DNA from: Schmidtea polychroa
Lineage: Eukaryota
Length of the DNA stretch: 64,000 nt
Assembly (NCBI GenBank): GCA_044892525.1
Contig: CM097885.1
Coordinates: 211,668,001-211,732,000 of the forward strand
Direction: 5' to 3'
Shown here: positions 30,420 to 45,600 of the stretch, in pieces
How the letters are laid out: the number at the start of each line of letters is the position of its first letter
How positions within the stretch are numbered: the stretch's first letter is position 1
Position numbers and translations under genes: made by a program
The notes under the pieces: model-generated
Told to the model about the DNA's origin: nothing
What the model saw: only the letters and a program-made list of their open reading frames with translations
Databases searched by the model: none

Positions 30420-31959
30420 TATGGTTACTTAAAAGTTTTGTTATATATTTAGCTGTAATTATGATTTAAATATTAATCAATAAAAATATAATATTTTTTA
30501 ATTTTAAAAATCGGTCGACCTATACTAGAGCGTCGCCGTTATCTTTATATTATCTAATAAAATCAAAATTTTTAATTTATAATAATCTTTGTTAAAAAAG
30601 TAGAGGTAGTAAAAGTTTAGAAGGTTGAAAGATTCTATTTTTATATATTTTATGAAATATCTTATGTGTGGAAATGTATTTGAAATGTGAGTCCGACGAA
30701 GGAAAGAATTGAAAATTTGCATGGTTTAAGAAATATTCAGCTCCACATCTTAAGTACTTTTCTTTTTTTGCCTAAACAATATAGGAGTCGAGGTACACAA
30801 TTCCTTTGAGACCCCTTGAAAGAAAGCTATAACATATGGAAAAAGTTCCTATAGAAATCAAAAATTTGAATTTAAACTATTCAATCAATGAATTGCGAGT
30901 TTTTATTATAATTAATAATATAACAATTTTTACAAAGTTATAAATGTTTTAACAATGAAATTTAGTCATATGATTCAATTTATGTCAAAATTTAATTTTA
31001 TTAAAAATAATTAATTGTGACAAGCTTAATAGAATTTTAAGATTTAGTAATAAACTGTTAATATTTATTTTAAGTGTTTTTAATTAATTTGTTTTTTAAA
31101 AATTAAATCTTTAATATTATTATTATTTAATTATAATCCAATATATAAAACAAACTAATTTTTCATTGACTAATTATTCTGGAAAATTAAAACAAAACAT
31201 ATTTTGAAGAATTAAAAATTAATCAGAACAAGATGGTTAAGTGAGGCAGTTTAAGGTCTTGTATATCTTTGCACATCTTTGCATATCTTTGCATATCTTT
31301 GCATAAATCAGTCTTGAGTTTTCCAATTGTATTGGTAAAAAATAAAAATGGAGATATAAGAATGTGTATGTATATAAATTATTTGACTGGTTATTTGAAC
31401 ATTTTAGACAGCTTGAATTCATAATTGTGCTGCCCCGAAACATTTCATAACTTGATCAATATTTTGCAAAATGACAACTGAAAGCTTTGTGTACAAAAGA
31501 AATCTTTACTTTATAATTTGTATTTATTAAAATAGCTTGAAGACTATGAATGAAATTCACAAATTTGAAAAAGGCAGTGCCGACAATTTGTGAATGTCAA
31601 AAGCATCGATATATTTACTGATTCATAGTCTTCATATTTTTTAAATAAATACAATGGAAAAGAAATCAGTGGTGAAATATGAAAAAAAAGTTCTTATAAT
31701 TTTATAATTTGTGTCGCAAATAGAGAAGAACCTAAAAGATTATTTAAAACTTTTGAGAGTTACAAAAATCTTTGAGATTTTTATATATTTAAACAATTAA
31801 GTAAATAAAAGACGAGAAGAAACATTTTATTTCTATAAGGAGGTTTTCAAAGTAACACTTATTAATAGTTTATCAAAGATCTTTGTTAGAAAGATTTAAT
31901 TAATAATCATATTTCATTAATATATTTATAATTTTTAATGTATAATTGTAACGTGTGAT

Positions 31960-32399
31960 CAGGGCCGTAACAAGGCATTATTGCGCCCTGTGCGGTTCAT
32001 ATATCTGGCGCCCCTAAAACCCGAATTCAAAACAGCCTACTATAATAATTATAATATTCATGTTAAGATTGTTAACTATTTATTCATCTCCAGCTATTAT
32101 AATAGGTAGTAATGCTCTTAAAATTCTGTTGCTAATTGAAAAAATGGCAGGAACCCATTTTGTGGACTAACATTTTACAAAATACACACCTACGAAGGTA
32201 CGCTAATGGACCAGTTTAATCAGCAATGTTAAAGATAGGCTAGCTAGGACGTCGTTTTGTAGGCCATTTGATAATTTCTTTTATTTATATTTTGTTATTT
32301 TTTGGTAACATTACAAAATGTTACATTTCAATTTTGCGCCCCTTTCAGACGTGCGCATTGTGCGACTCCACCGCTCGCACCATCCTTGTTACGGCCCTG
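31960..32399. mobile_element. hAT-type MITE
   Basis: 16-bp TIR CAGGGCCGTAACAAGG / CCTTGTTACGGCCCTG; exact 8-bp TSD CGTGTGAT. Confidence 0.92.
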
Positions 32400-33227
32400 C
32401 GTGTGATGAATGAATAAGTTACAGAAATTTGCTTCAAAAATGAAATGTTGTTTGAATAATAAATTTCTGTGCATAATTTTCAAATGATGTATTCTAATTT
32501 TAACAGATGTAATTTTTTGGTCAAACTTCAAATTACTGCATCAATGCAATATTTTCTTAAATTCAATTTTAATTTCCATTTATTTTATAAATTTTTTGTA
32601 AATTTTCCCTAAATAAGCCCGCATCTACTGTCAATAGTCAGTCACTCAATAGTTTTATTATTTTTATTTAAAAAAGAATTTCTCTTACTTAAAAAAAATA
32701 AGTGCAACTCTTTAAATTATGCTAATTACATAGCAATTTCAAAGCAGCTTTACAGCAGAGGAAATAATTATTATAATTTATCAAATGATGTTTACTTGTG
32801 TAAAATAATAATTATAATGAAAAATAGTTCTAATTTTACAATTTGCATATTAATAACAAAAACTTTTATTATTTCAATAATAATTTAATTAATTGATGAA
32901 TATTTAAGATGTGACGTCTGTGTTCCTGTAAAGGTATTATGGGAGATCTGAGAACTTCCATTACCATAATATAATTTTAAAATATAAAGTAAAATACGAT
33001 CTCCAATATTTATATTTTTAAACTTTACTGATAATTTAATTTTTAATTTCAATGATTTTTAAACCACAAAAAATAAAAAAATAATAATTAATATACAATT
33101 CCGTTTGAAACAAGTTTATTTTATCATTATTTAACCTCGAATGAAAACTAATTAATTTTTATTCAGTCATTGACAATTGACCATTCCGCCAATTTAATCC
33201 ATGCTAGTTTACAGCGCAAATTAAATA

Positions 33228-34813
33228 CAGCGTTTTTCAGAATTTATGCACGCTCTTGCAACATTTATGCACCCTTTTGCAGCATTTATGCACCCTTTTG
33301 CAACATTTATGCACGTTTCCATAAATGGTAAATTATTAATTTATATTTAATTGTAGAATTTTGTTAATAAATTCAACAAATTTCATTTTAAATATTGTCA
33401 TTTAGTTTTTTATCTTTTTTTAATTAAATCATTTACTAGGTTTTTCGGTTTTCACTGAATGGCAAGAGAAATTTCTAGAGAGATACGAGAAAGAATAATA
33501 ACTTCTTATAATTCAGGAACATCATATTCGGATGTTAGCAAGATTTTTAACTGTCATCGTACAACAGTAAAAAGGATTATTGATGCTTTTTTTTAAGTGA
33601 AGGAAGGACAATTACCAAAAAGCGAGGAAGTATTAGTCCAAATAAAAAGCTTAATGATGAAAAAAGCCTATATACCTGATGTTATAAACACAAACTATTA
33701 AGTAAGTTCAAATGAATTAAAAAATAAAATAAAAAATGAATTTGGTGTTGTGGTAAGGAAAGTTTCAAGAGCAATAACATTATTCAATTATACTCTAAAA
33801 CCCATTTCACCTGTTCCAGAAAGAAGAAATAATTTGAATAACATACAAGAAAGATATGACTATGCAATATGGTTCAATTCTTTAATGAATCGAAACATTT
33901 ATTTTCTAGATGAGGCGAAAAAAGGGTAGATCCTTACTAGGAGAAAGGGCTATTTTAAGTATTCCAGCATTGAGAACAAAGAAAATATCAGTTTGTTGTG
34001 CAATGTCCAAAAATGGTACGTTTTTATACAAAAAGCAGGATCGTCCTTTTAATACGGAAACCTTTTCTAATTTTATTGATGAAATTATTATTAAATTGAG
34101 AAACGAAAATATAAACAATGTGACTATAATATTATATAAAGTACCTTTCCATAAAACGAGTATAATAATAAGGGAAAAAATAAATAATGCCGGGGGATTA
34201 GAACTGGCCTTTTTACCGCCATATTCACCTTTTTAAACCCGATTGAGAACATGTTCTCACAGTGGAAAGATAGTGTTAAACGAGAATGTCCAAGAAACGA
34301 AGAACAATGAATTTAATTTTCATAACATTTCAGGTGAACATTGTATTAATTATTATCAAAACATGTTAACCTCTCTTCCAAGATGTTTACGAAGAGAAAG
34401 AATTGATAATTAAGAGATGGATTTGTTATTTATAATTTTAAAATAAAATATAGTTTATGCCTGTTATTTATTTTTTATGTATACAAACCTACACAGTGTA
34501 AAAACCCATGATTATATCAAAAAAGATAAAAAACAAATTCAAGAAATAAAATAAAAATTTATAAGGTGAAAATATCACATTAATTAATAATTTAATTAAA
34601 CAGTTATTATTTGAAAAATTCCTTAAATTTATCTAGGATAAAATATGGACTTCATCAGAGAATTTAAATGAATAACAATATTTAAAATAAAATTTGTTGA
34701 ATTTATTAACAAAAATATTTTTTTTAAATACAATTAAATATAAATTAATCATTTACCATTTATGGAAACGTGCATAAATGCTGCAAGAGCGTGCATAAAT
34801 TTTGAAAACGCTG
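33228..34813 (+). mobile_element. IS630/Tc1-type DNA transposon, defective transposase (~33460-34415)
   Basis: TA flanks; long TIRs CAGCGTTTT..AATTTATGCACGCTCTTGC; HTH MAREISREIRERII..; FLDE, (D>Y)KVPFH, FLPPYSP..NPIE, broken by frameshifts. Confidence 0.9.
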
Positions 34814-36059
34814 TAATAGAGATTTACAATTTACTATAAAGCTTATTATGGAAGCTTATAATGAAACATAATTCTAACGAATTCTTTTTAAAAGAGGAAA
34901 AATAAATAATCATATTGGATATATTTAAACATTAAATTTGCAAATTTTTCATAGTTATTTCAATGAGTATGTTGGCTTGTGTCATATTGATAATCCCACT
35001 TCTTTTGAGCTTCAAACATAATGCCGAGTATGTAGAAAATGGCTCTCTGCACCCAAGCAACCATCTGTGGTATTTTCTCCCCTTCAGCAGCAACGGATGT
35101 CGATGCGAAACAAGTACAGAGTGCCATATGGGTTATGTCAATTTGAAAAATTCAATATTGTTGGGATTAGTACTAAATCCAAATATTTATATAAAAGGAA
35201 GGTATAACAAATATTGTTAAAGCCAGTAAAAATTTCAAAATTAATTAAAATTCACTAAAAATCGAAAATATAATACCGAACGGAGGAAACGGGTATGGTT
35301 GGACGCCAAATGGAAAGACATTCAGAAATTATAATGAAAATTTAATAATGAGTTCACAGGGAAAGTTATAACGAAAAAACAAATTAATTAAAGTTAAATA
35401 ATCCGTAATAAAAATTCCGAGCTAATAGGAAACCCGAAGCCCATTGAGACCAAACTGATTAGATATGGAAGCCAACTCACCTGAGCGCCTATCCGGGGCA
35501 AACAAATTAAAGTAATTTAACAACCCTCAAAATATTTAGCCAAGATTCCCGAAAGTTAATTATTTGCAATGATCCCAAATTCTCTATATAATTGCCCCTC
35601 AGAAAAAGTATAAAAAGAGAGCTAAAAAACAGACAAGCCGCCAGTTTGTCGAAAAAACTAGAGAAAAATTAACTGAGTAAGGGAGTCCGCTATCAGAGAA
35701 CGAAATCTAATAACTAAAAGCAAAGTTTAACTCTCGTACCAGAAAAGGTGATTGCCTCTTGGGTTGTCTAACTTAACGAGCAATATTTATTGGAGAGAAA
35801 GGTGCTGACGAATTGTAATTTTGATTGAAGTTTAATCAAGTTATTCTGTGTTGGGTTTTGATGTTTTTTTTTAAATAAGAACACGAAGAGTCAGAGAAAA
35901 CCGACTTGCAAAATAATAACCCAGCACTATATTAATGGGGTATTTGTGTCTCAATGGATGCGAAGAATGTGACGATGTTGACAATGGTAAAAACTGATAT
36001 TCTCAACAAAAAAGGTACCATGTTTTATAAACAAAGTTAAAATCATGCTTGAGTAATAA

Positions 36060-37735
36060 TGATTTTAAAAGCACGAGTTAAAAACCTTAGAAATTTAGAA
36101 AAGGTATTAGAAAGAGTATTAAAATCAAAGTTCCACCTAAAACTTGTTATACTCCATCCAAAAAAACTTATAACTGAAAATTTCACTGGAATGAATCTTA
36201 TTTCAAAAAATCATAAGCTTAATAATAAGAAGAATAAGAAAAAGAAACAGGCCAAAAATGTTAAAAATCATCAGAGTTTCCTGTTTTTCAATGCATTGTA
36301 AAAGGCACCGTACATAAAAAGAATGAATATTTTACATTCCTTTCCTAATTCTGTTGTCGATGATTTACTCGATATTATACTGAAAGTAGTCAAAGGCAGT
36401 ATTAAAATCAGTAAATCAAAAATGAATTTATTGAATAAACACAGGAAACTTTTGTTATCGCTAGTAAATAATAAAAATCGTAAACAAATGAGAAAAATTA
36501 TATTAACAACAATGTGGATATATTTGGACATTGATACCTTTGGCATTATCATTATTAGGTGGAGTAATAGGAAGTCGATCACAAACAATTGGTGCTAGCC
36601 CTTCATTAACCAATGTTAAATTCAAATTCAAATCTTCTTGCTGTAATGGAGAAGATCTGGACGAACCCGATGACTAAGCAGGTTTTGGTAGAGTGGTAAA
36701 ATTAAAGAAAAGAATTCCAAATTTGAAAACAGAAACCCAGAAGTGGTTATCAGAACAGCTTGCGTACAGTTTGAACAAACCAATGTGGAAAATATTTGCA
36801 ACATGAGCTTATAAAACATTTGGTATTGACGAATTATGGTAAATGGATTTGTTCGAGATGATACTGTATTCGAAAATTAACAATGGGTATAAATATATTT
36901 TAACATGTATTGGTGTTGTCAGTCGCTTTGCCCACGCAACTCCAGTCAAGGCAAAATCTGCAGATGAAATGTCTAAAGCAATTAATAATTTATTGTAAGA
37001 TGGACGGACATCCAGANNNNNNNNNNNNNNNNNNNNNNNNNNNNNNNNNNNNNNNNNNNNNNNNNNNNNNNNNNNNNNNNNNNNNNNNNNNNNNNNNNNN
37101 NNNNNNNNNNNNNNNNNNNNNNNNNNNNNNNNNNNNNNNNNNNNNNNNNNNNNNNNNNNNNAATGGTAAAGTTAAGCAAATCCTGGATCGTCTCAAAATA
37201 AATCATTACTTGGTATATTCTCAATACAAAGCCACAAATATCGAGAGATTTAATTGGAAATTGAGAGATAGATTGAAGAACTATGTCGTACACCAAGTAA
37301 TAAATATGGATACATGTTTTGCCTAAAATTATAATTAGTTATAATCATTCATCACATTTTGGTCTGATATATCATCGAAAAGTTTAGTCAAATTATGGCT
37401 TTCTTAAAAAGTAGAAAAAATTAAAAAACCGAAATAAAGTCTGTGATCATTTTAGAATTAATAAAATTAGTGCTTCACCATTTATTAAAAATTTCGATAC
37501 GAATTGTAGTGATGAAGTCTTTGTAATTTCAAAAGTCAATGTGAAACAATATACGGTTATGTATGTCATGAAAGACTATGATAATAATGAAGTTAGTGGT
37601 AAATTTATGAGCAAGAATCACAAGTTATTCCTCCACCAAAAGTATTTAGAATTTAAACAATATTATAAAAATTCTTTTTTTATTGGTTTCTTGATACAAA
37701 TCGTCAATAATGATGACATAACCTTTCTTTAATCG
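36060..37735 (+). mobile_element. Degraded Maverick fragment related to element B (basic ORF, PW-like gene, integrase)
   Basis: Colinear with 13700-15400: DDLL..I.K.V.G.I.IS, TQKWLSEQLAYSLNKP, YKYILTCI, ERFN..LRDRLK; many stops and frameshifts; N gap 37017-37161. Confidence 0.88.
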
Positions 37736-38149
37736 GCTTGAACAGTTTTTATCAAATCCCTTTTTACTATTTTCATATTTTTTAACTTACAGAAATTATC
37801 TTGAATCAATATTTTTGATTTGATCTACTTATTTTTTACTTGACCTACATGATCCAGCGATGGCCTGTTTTTAAAGTCAATTTGACATACACAAAACTCT
37901 GAAAAAATTACATGAAAAATAATAAAAATTATGAAAAATTACTGAGTTTGATTTGACTTACAGAAAACAGTTTAAAAAAATGATCAAATTACATTAAGAA
38001 TCGCGAAAAATAATAAAAACTCTGAAGAAACATTAAAAATTAAGAAAAATGAAAGAATTTATTTGACCTACATAAAAGTTTTGGTGACCTACAAAAAATA
38101 TTAGGATTTTTAGAAAATATTCCTTACCCCGGTGGGTACTTGATTCAGC

Positions 38150-38740
38150 GGTGTCCAATCCATCTACTGATTTCAGCCACTCAAAATTTCGCACAATAAA
38201 TTTCCCGTTCGTAAGTTCTAATATGTAATTGCGATGATGCCTCTTTCTAATTATTTTTAAAGGCCCATCATATCGGTTATTTTTGTTAGTGTGTATATCT
38301 TTCCTAAAAAGAACCATGACTCCCACTTTAGAATTTCTAATATTTGATTACCCAGTTTTATCATAATCTAACACTATTTTCTCTTCTATATTCCTTTTAT
38401 CTTCTTTTATATTCCAAATTTCAAGTTTAGCATAGCCCATTGCATTTGACTTTTAGCCTAATGGTAATAATGGTAATTTTCTTTCCATAATCCAGTTCTG
38501 CTTCACTAGAACTAATAATGCTTTGAATGAATTCGATATTTGATGAAAGATCTGTTTAATTATTATTCTCTTAGTCCTCTAATGAAGTACGAATTGCATC
38601 TTTTATTATCCGAAATTGTCTTTTTATCAATCCGATTGTAGAGTGGTGATAAGGACTAGAGTATACCATATCTATATTAAGGTTCTTCAAATAACTGATT
38701 CGAACGACATTCCATGATCTAAAGATGGTGATAAGTCTGT
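38150..38740 (-). pseudogene. Ty3/Gypsy integrase C-terminal remnant
   Basis: YHH..NGLIERQFR.IKD, RYDGPLKII...NYILE. Confidence 0.65.
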
Positions 38741-39648
38741 CAAAATATTTTGTTTTTTATCAAATAAATTAATTTTTATTAATTATGGTAAAACGTAAAA
38801 TATGTAAATTATATTCGCAATTTAATAGATAAGTGGGATGTTTTAATTAATGTTTATATTTGAAATAATAGCTTGATATCAAACTTAATTTGATAAACTT
38901 TGTTAAAAGAGAAAGATAACCAATAAAAACGTAGAAAATTTTAAATATAAAAATAAATTATAGATTTCAGATCATAAATAATAATTATTTATTATATTGA
39001 ATATATTTGAATTAAGGATGCTTTAAAAATAAATTTATATTTTGAAGTGAGTAATATATATATATATATATATAATTTGTTTGTTTAAATTAACTTAATT
39101 ATAGTTTTAGAATGTATAAAATATATAATTGTAAAATTTTAGCTGTATTTTCAGTTCCTTTTAAATTGATAGGTATAAATTGATAGGTTTGGTATCCGAT
39201 AAAACAAACAATGTTTATTGACCAATTTTTAAGTTTTTATAAACGACAAAAAAAAATAAAGTTGATTAAAGAATAAGAAATATTGAAATAGTCAATCTGA
39301 TTAATAGAAAAATGTGAATGATCAAGAAATCTATAAATGATAATATTTTATATTTATACGATTAAAAAATAAATTAACAGTTGTGGCTTGTACAATGAAG
39401 TTGATATGTGGCCTATACAGGGGTGCGGACTTTACACCGAAAAATGGGTAATTGAATAATAATGCTATAAAAATAAAAATCTTTTATGTGCAAAAAGAGT
39501 TTTAAAAAAACTGAAGGTCATTGAAAATAACACCAAATCTATTGGAAAGCTTGAGAATAAATATAAAAATTTTCTTATTTAAAATTTCAAAATATTTTAT
39601 ACAATGATTTTATACAGTTTAAATTTAATTTAGCTGTGAAAACCACCA

Positions 39649-42600
39649 ATGGACAATTTTACATTGACAGAAATGAAAGTGTTTTACTATACCAAAGCTA
39701 TTATCATTTCTATTTTTCTGTTATTTGGGGTATTATTAAATGGAACAATAATGTTCACATTCTTCCGCAACCGAGCACTGAAATCACCAACAAACATGTT
39801 AATAATGGCCATCATCATCAATAACTTTTTACTGGCCATATTTGGCATTCCAATGGACATTGTGTCTTCCTTCTATCAATACTGGATTTTCTCTGATGTT
39901 GGATGCCGATTTTACGGATTTGCTATGTTTTTCACTGGACTTAATAGTGTGGCCATCATGACTGTTATTGCAATCGACAGGTTTTTTGTAATTGCGAAAC
40001 CCACTATGGCAGCTCACATAACCAAAAATGTTATATACTCAAGCATTTGTGCATGTTTGGTTTATAGTTTAATATTTACGATTCCTCCTCTTATCGGATG
40101 GAATGAATACAAATTGGATAAATCAAAGACTAGTTGTTCAGTGAATTTTGAAAGTCGAGACCCAATTTTCTATAGCTATACGATTGTCATTTTGATTTTC
40201 TGTTACATAATTCCAATCATTGTCAATATCTACTGCTATTTTTACATTTACATGACGGTTAGTGCTTATTAGGATTATTTCAATTTAATTTTTATTTTCT
40301 GTCCAAATCATAAACAGTGTCATTTGCTATATAGTCGAAGTACCGGAAGGCTGAATACCAATAGTTCAAATGATAACTTTCAGAAGCCCATTATTTAACC
40401 CAAATTTTTATAATGCTTAAGTATGTGTCCTGACAAAGATTATATAAATTTAAGTATTAATAAAAATAAAACCTTCAAAAAAGTATCAATTACAAAAGTA
40501 TTATTTAAATTTATATTCTTCGAAAAATTAATTCAAGATCGCTACATTTAGAAAATGAAGTTTGGGAATGAAGTTCTGGACCGGCCTAAAATTTGTAAGG
40601 AATTTAAAAATTCATCTTAAATTAAAGCTGATTAATCTGAATTAAAAAAAAAACTATCTTTAAATTTTACATGTTATATATCAATTGAAAGTATTTGCCG
40701 TCAATGTCTGCATCATTGTCAAAATTACACATCCGTCGGTTGTTTGAATATTACAAAACAATTAGAATGGATTCGAAATTAATTTTGAAATTAAATAAGT
40801 TTTTATAATTTTTATGGAAGAATATTTAAAGCGTCTAATAAAAATAATTGTACAATTCGGTAAGTGTAGGTTTGATCCCAATTATTGTAAACCGGAAGGA
40901 TTTTAAGAAATTTTTTGAATTGCTACTTTTAAAATTTGAAATTATTTTACCTATAATTTTATTTATTGGTATTTTTTATTAGTTTTATTATTCAATAAAT
41001 AATTACAGGAATACATCGAACAGTACGGTTAATCGGTTCTGGAATTTAGCCGGACTATTCGAGGCATTCTGGCGCTAATAAATTTACGGCTTAGTACCCC
41101 TATTAAGAAATTTAAAAATCGTGATTATAATCTAGTAAACAAAAAATATTTTGTTATGTATTTTTATTTTTCTGATATTCAAGAGCAAAACAAGTATATT
41201 TAACACAGTTGTACATTTAAATATATATTTATTGAAATTTATAAGCCGGCAATACCAAATTCATTGCAACTGAATCAAAAAAAAAGAATTTATTTCATTT
41301 TAAAAATATTAAAAATAGCTGATGAAAAACAAGTAAATAAAATTAAATAAACACAACAATTTAATTAAAAAAGATCAACAAAAGCAATTCACTTAAATTC
41401 TAATGTTTAGATTCATTTTTTATTGTTTAGAAATTTCAATAACGATGTCTGAACTTTTTTTGGTCGTTTCTCCTCATACAATTCTATGTAGCAATGAATT
41501 GCGTTAGCTATTGTTTGACGAATTGTAATGCGGCGTTCTATATTAGAATCAACTTCCATTATATGATCCGAAACTTTTTCGATCATTTCAATGATTTCTT
41601 TGAGCTGTTGAGCAGTTAAATCTTTAGCAGGGGGTTCAACAATTTCATCGTTTTCTGAGTCTTCGTCCAGCTCTTCATAAGCTCGCTGTTCGTCTATTTT
41701 ATTTATTCAATTTTTTATTAAAACTACAAACCAGAAATTAAACGTAACAAAACAAATTATTAAACACGTGCCGTATGATTTTATAATAACGAATAAATTC
41801 TAAAAAATTAATTTAAAAAAACTTTTTTAAATTTCGAAAATTTTATTAAATCATTTTAAAAACAATCATATTTTGAAAATTTCAAAACCGTACTATAGAG
41901 AAACCGTACTGATCGAAACCGTGCTATGCGAGGTATTCCTGTACATATTTTGTATACATTTCGAATAAATACTTTAAGGATTTAGTCGAAGTTCGCTTTA
42001 TTGTTGTTCACACAGACCAAAAGTCACTATTCGACTTTTGTGATATTAAAGAATCTTACAATTTTATTATACACAAAGACTTTTTGATAGTTCAAGAGCT
42101 TTGATACCATTCACCTCTCATATGAACTTAGCCATGCTTGACGAAAAACAAAATATTGTTAGCAAAATCCATTTTGATTCATTCTTATGATGAAAATTGA
42201 TATCAATCTTGCACGAACCAATGTGTAAATTAGCTTCTCACTCCAAACACGACTTACATTATCCTTAGTCCGTAGATTTCAGTTAAGTGGATTCGAACGC
42301 AGTCTGGCTAGCTATGAGGCATGATGCTAAGTTATGGATGAACCAATGGAGATGCCAACCAATTTAAGATATCCAAATAAGCTAAACCATTTATTATTCA
42401 TTATCCTATGGGAAGCAGGTTTCGAATCTTACACAATGTCGATCCATTAATCAGCAATCGAAAATGTTCATATTTGCTAGTCATGATCGTCCGCGAAGCT
42501 CGTTTCAAGTTCATTGTTATAAGTATTTCTGTTGAAACAATCGTAAATGTTTTACTTCAAAATTAGATGTTACNNNNNNNNNNNNNNNNNNNNNNNNNNN

Positions 42601-45600
42601 NNNNNNNNNNNNNNNNNNNNNNNNNNNNNNNNNNNNNNNNNNNNNNNNNNNNNNNNNNNNNNNNNNNNNNNNNNNNNNNNNNNNNNNNNNNNNNNNNNNN
42701 NNNNNNNNNNNNNNNNNNNNNNNNNNNNNNNNNNNNNNNNNNNNNNNNNNNNNNNNNNNNNNNNNNNNNNNNNNNNNNNNNNNNNNNNNNNNNNNNNNNN
42801 NNNNNNNNNNNNNNNNNNNNNNNNNNNNNNNNNNNNNNNNNNNNNNNNNNNNNNNNNNNNNNNNNNNNNNNNNNNNNNNNNNNNNNNNNNNNNNNNNNNN
42901 NNNNNNNNNNNNNNNNNNNNNNNNNNNNNNNNNNNNNNNNNNNNNNNNNNNNNNNNNNNNNNNNNNNNNNNNNNNNNNNNNNNNNNNNNNNNNNNNNNNN
43001 NNNNNNNNNNNNNNNNCACATTAAATACGTTCTCAGAAAAGGCCGCGTAGAAGGAAATCGCGTTGTAAGACATATAAACTTTTTAGGAAATGTGTAGAGA
43101 CCGGTTCCAAATAAGAATCAGTATGTTTACTGTTTAAACAAAAACTTAATTGGTCGATATTCAAAATATAATCAAAATTATATACTATTCAACAATTTCT
43201 TTTTAAATTTAGCATAATCATAACATAAACACCGCGTTGTAAGTAAAAAAGATCGCGTTACAAAAAATGTCCGCATTCTTTTAACCGCGCTGTAGCGAAA
43301 ACCCGTTACAAGAGTAACGCGTTATAAGAGGATTTACTGTAGAAGTTTATTTCAATAAAAAAAGCCCATTACTTGGCCACAAAGACCTGGATAGACGCAA
43401 TGAGAGCTTACTGCTCGATCTTTCAGCTTTATGAATGTTGGAAAAAATTGGTTGATGTAGCAAAGACATAATTGTCTTATGCTAGTTGATAATACCTTGT
43501 TTCGGCATAGCGACATGCTCTCAATATATCTGATAGCTGGATATTAATGTTGCTTTTATCGCTAGTTTTGTCAACCTTTTAACTTTGGTTTGGTTTTATA
43601 TTTTATATTCGCTTTATATTCTGATCGTATTCGAATTGCTTTCCTCTATTCTGACCTATTTTGATGCCATCAGTGCCAAGAACCTATGTAGTTTAGTACA
43701 CAGTTACATAACCAAATCTTGGGTGCACAAATATCTTACATGTATATTGCTTCTATGTAGGGTACAGATGGGATTTCATTAAAAGTTTTGTACCCTCCAG
43801 TGCTTGATTAAGTTTTCATAAATACCATATCTGCCTTTCATACCGGTATCAATGCCCGAGTATTTATAAACATTGTTTTGATTTATTAAAGGTATTTCTT
43901 CTCCATAAAACTTTATAGCATTTTTAGTTTATTTTGATGTAGCTAATGATATATGCATTTAGCCAAATACTTTACCTAAATTTACCACTTTTTCTAATGA
44001 GTTAATGATTCCTTTTCCGGTATCTGATAGAAGAACGATTTTCTCTGCATATGCCAGTATGTTATAGTCATGTATATAGTATTTTTGGCAAGTAGTTCTT
44101 TCAAGATGCAACCTATAGTGATACAAAAGGAAATCATTGAAAAAGGACATCTCTGTTTCACTCATTTTGTTCTTTTAACCTTTTCTGACAATTTCTTTTC
44201 ACATTCATATTATGTTTCCACGTTGTGACACATATTTTAAGTAAAGATAGTGTTGAATTATTGATTCCCATTTTCTCCACAGTATACCATATCATCTCCT
44301 GTGGAATACTTCCAAAATATAAGTATTTCTCTTGAAAAAATCGCAACAACATCTCAAGGATCTTCCTGAATGAAAACTAAAGTTTGGTGTGATGCTTGTA
44401 GAGTAATAACAGAAGTTAATATCAGTCTTCTGACCATTGAGTTAAATACATAATAATAAAACTAGGGCTTAACTTTTCTAAACGAATTTTTTCTAAGAAT
44501 CTTTCAATTTTTTTGTCTATCTTTGATCCATTTCTTTTTGATATTGAATTTATTTTCATTATGATTATTGATGAAAAATTAATTGCCCTGTCAAAATTTC
44601 TGGTACTGCCTTCATTATGAATTACATCCTTTACAGCACTTGATAAAAACAGTGCCAAAAATAAAGGAAAATAAATTTTTGATCTTATAAATTATTAAAT
44701 GAATTTTCTCCAATTTCAACTAATAATATTTTGTAATAATTATCTTATTTGGTCTGTTTGTCTTTTCTGATTTTATTTATGTGAGAATGTGAATACAATA
44801 AAACAAATTCTAGATTCGACACATATCTCGGAACGCGAAAGTTACAACTGATAACGCTGTCGAACAAAACAGGAAAATCGAGAGAAAATTGCTTACTGTA
44901 GCCATTGCAGTTTTCGGTGAGTAATTTAATTTACTTGCAAAATCTGGATTTGAAATTGAATTTTTCTCTAGATTTGTTTAAAGTGAAAGTATTTTTGATT
45001 TTGTTATGTTTTCTTAGTTAACTTTTCTGGCTGATCAAAATATATGTTTTAAATTGTATTTATTAAAAAGCTTGATTATGAATCAGTAATTATATCGATG
45101 TTTTTGATTTTCACAAACTTTCGGCACTGCCTTTTTCAAGTGATTTTCAACAACATGGTCATCAGTGGTGAAATTTGAAAAAGGTTCTTATACTAATATA
45201 TTCTTAAATTTATTCAAAATTGCTATTTTGTATACATAATATGAAGTTTTTTATTTGATAATTTATAAAAATTCTTAACTTTTAAACCAGTTGAGAACCA
45301 CTATCACATTAAATGAGGATTTGTAAGTTTTAACAAATTATTCATTTTTAGCTTTGAATTGTTTAAATGATGTGACAAAAAACATTAATGAGAAGTGAAT
45401 CCCTTTTATTCATTCGATAACTTCCAGTAATTTACTGTATTATAGAATTTTCTTTCTACTTCATTATCTTTTTCAGAAATTAATTTTTGTTATAATTTAC
45501 GGCGTCAATGAATCTTACAAATCTTTATTTAATGCGATAGTGGTTCTCAACTGGTTTAAAAGTTAAGAATAATTCAATAAGTGGAAATTTGATGACAAAA

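Noticed and set aside
35220-35960. Possible solo LTR
   Set aside because: No TSD or second copy found in the window
42547-43097. ORFs spanning N runs (also 11768-12091, 24059-24281, 36910-37326)
   Set aside because: Artefacts of translating assembly gaps
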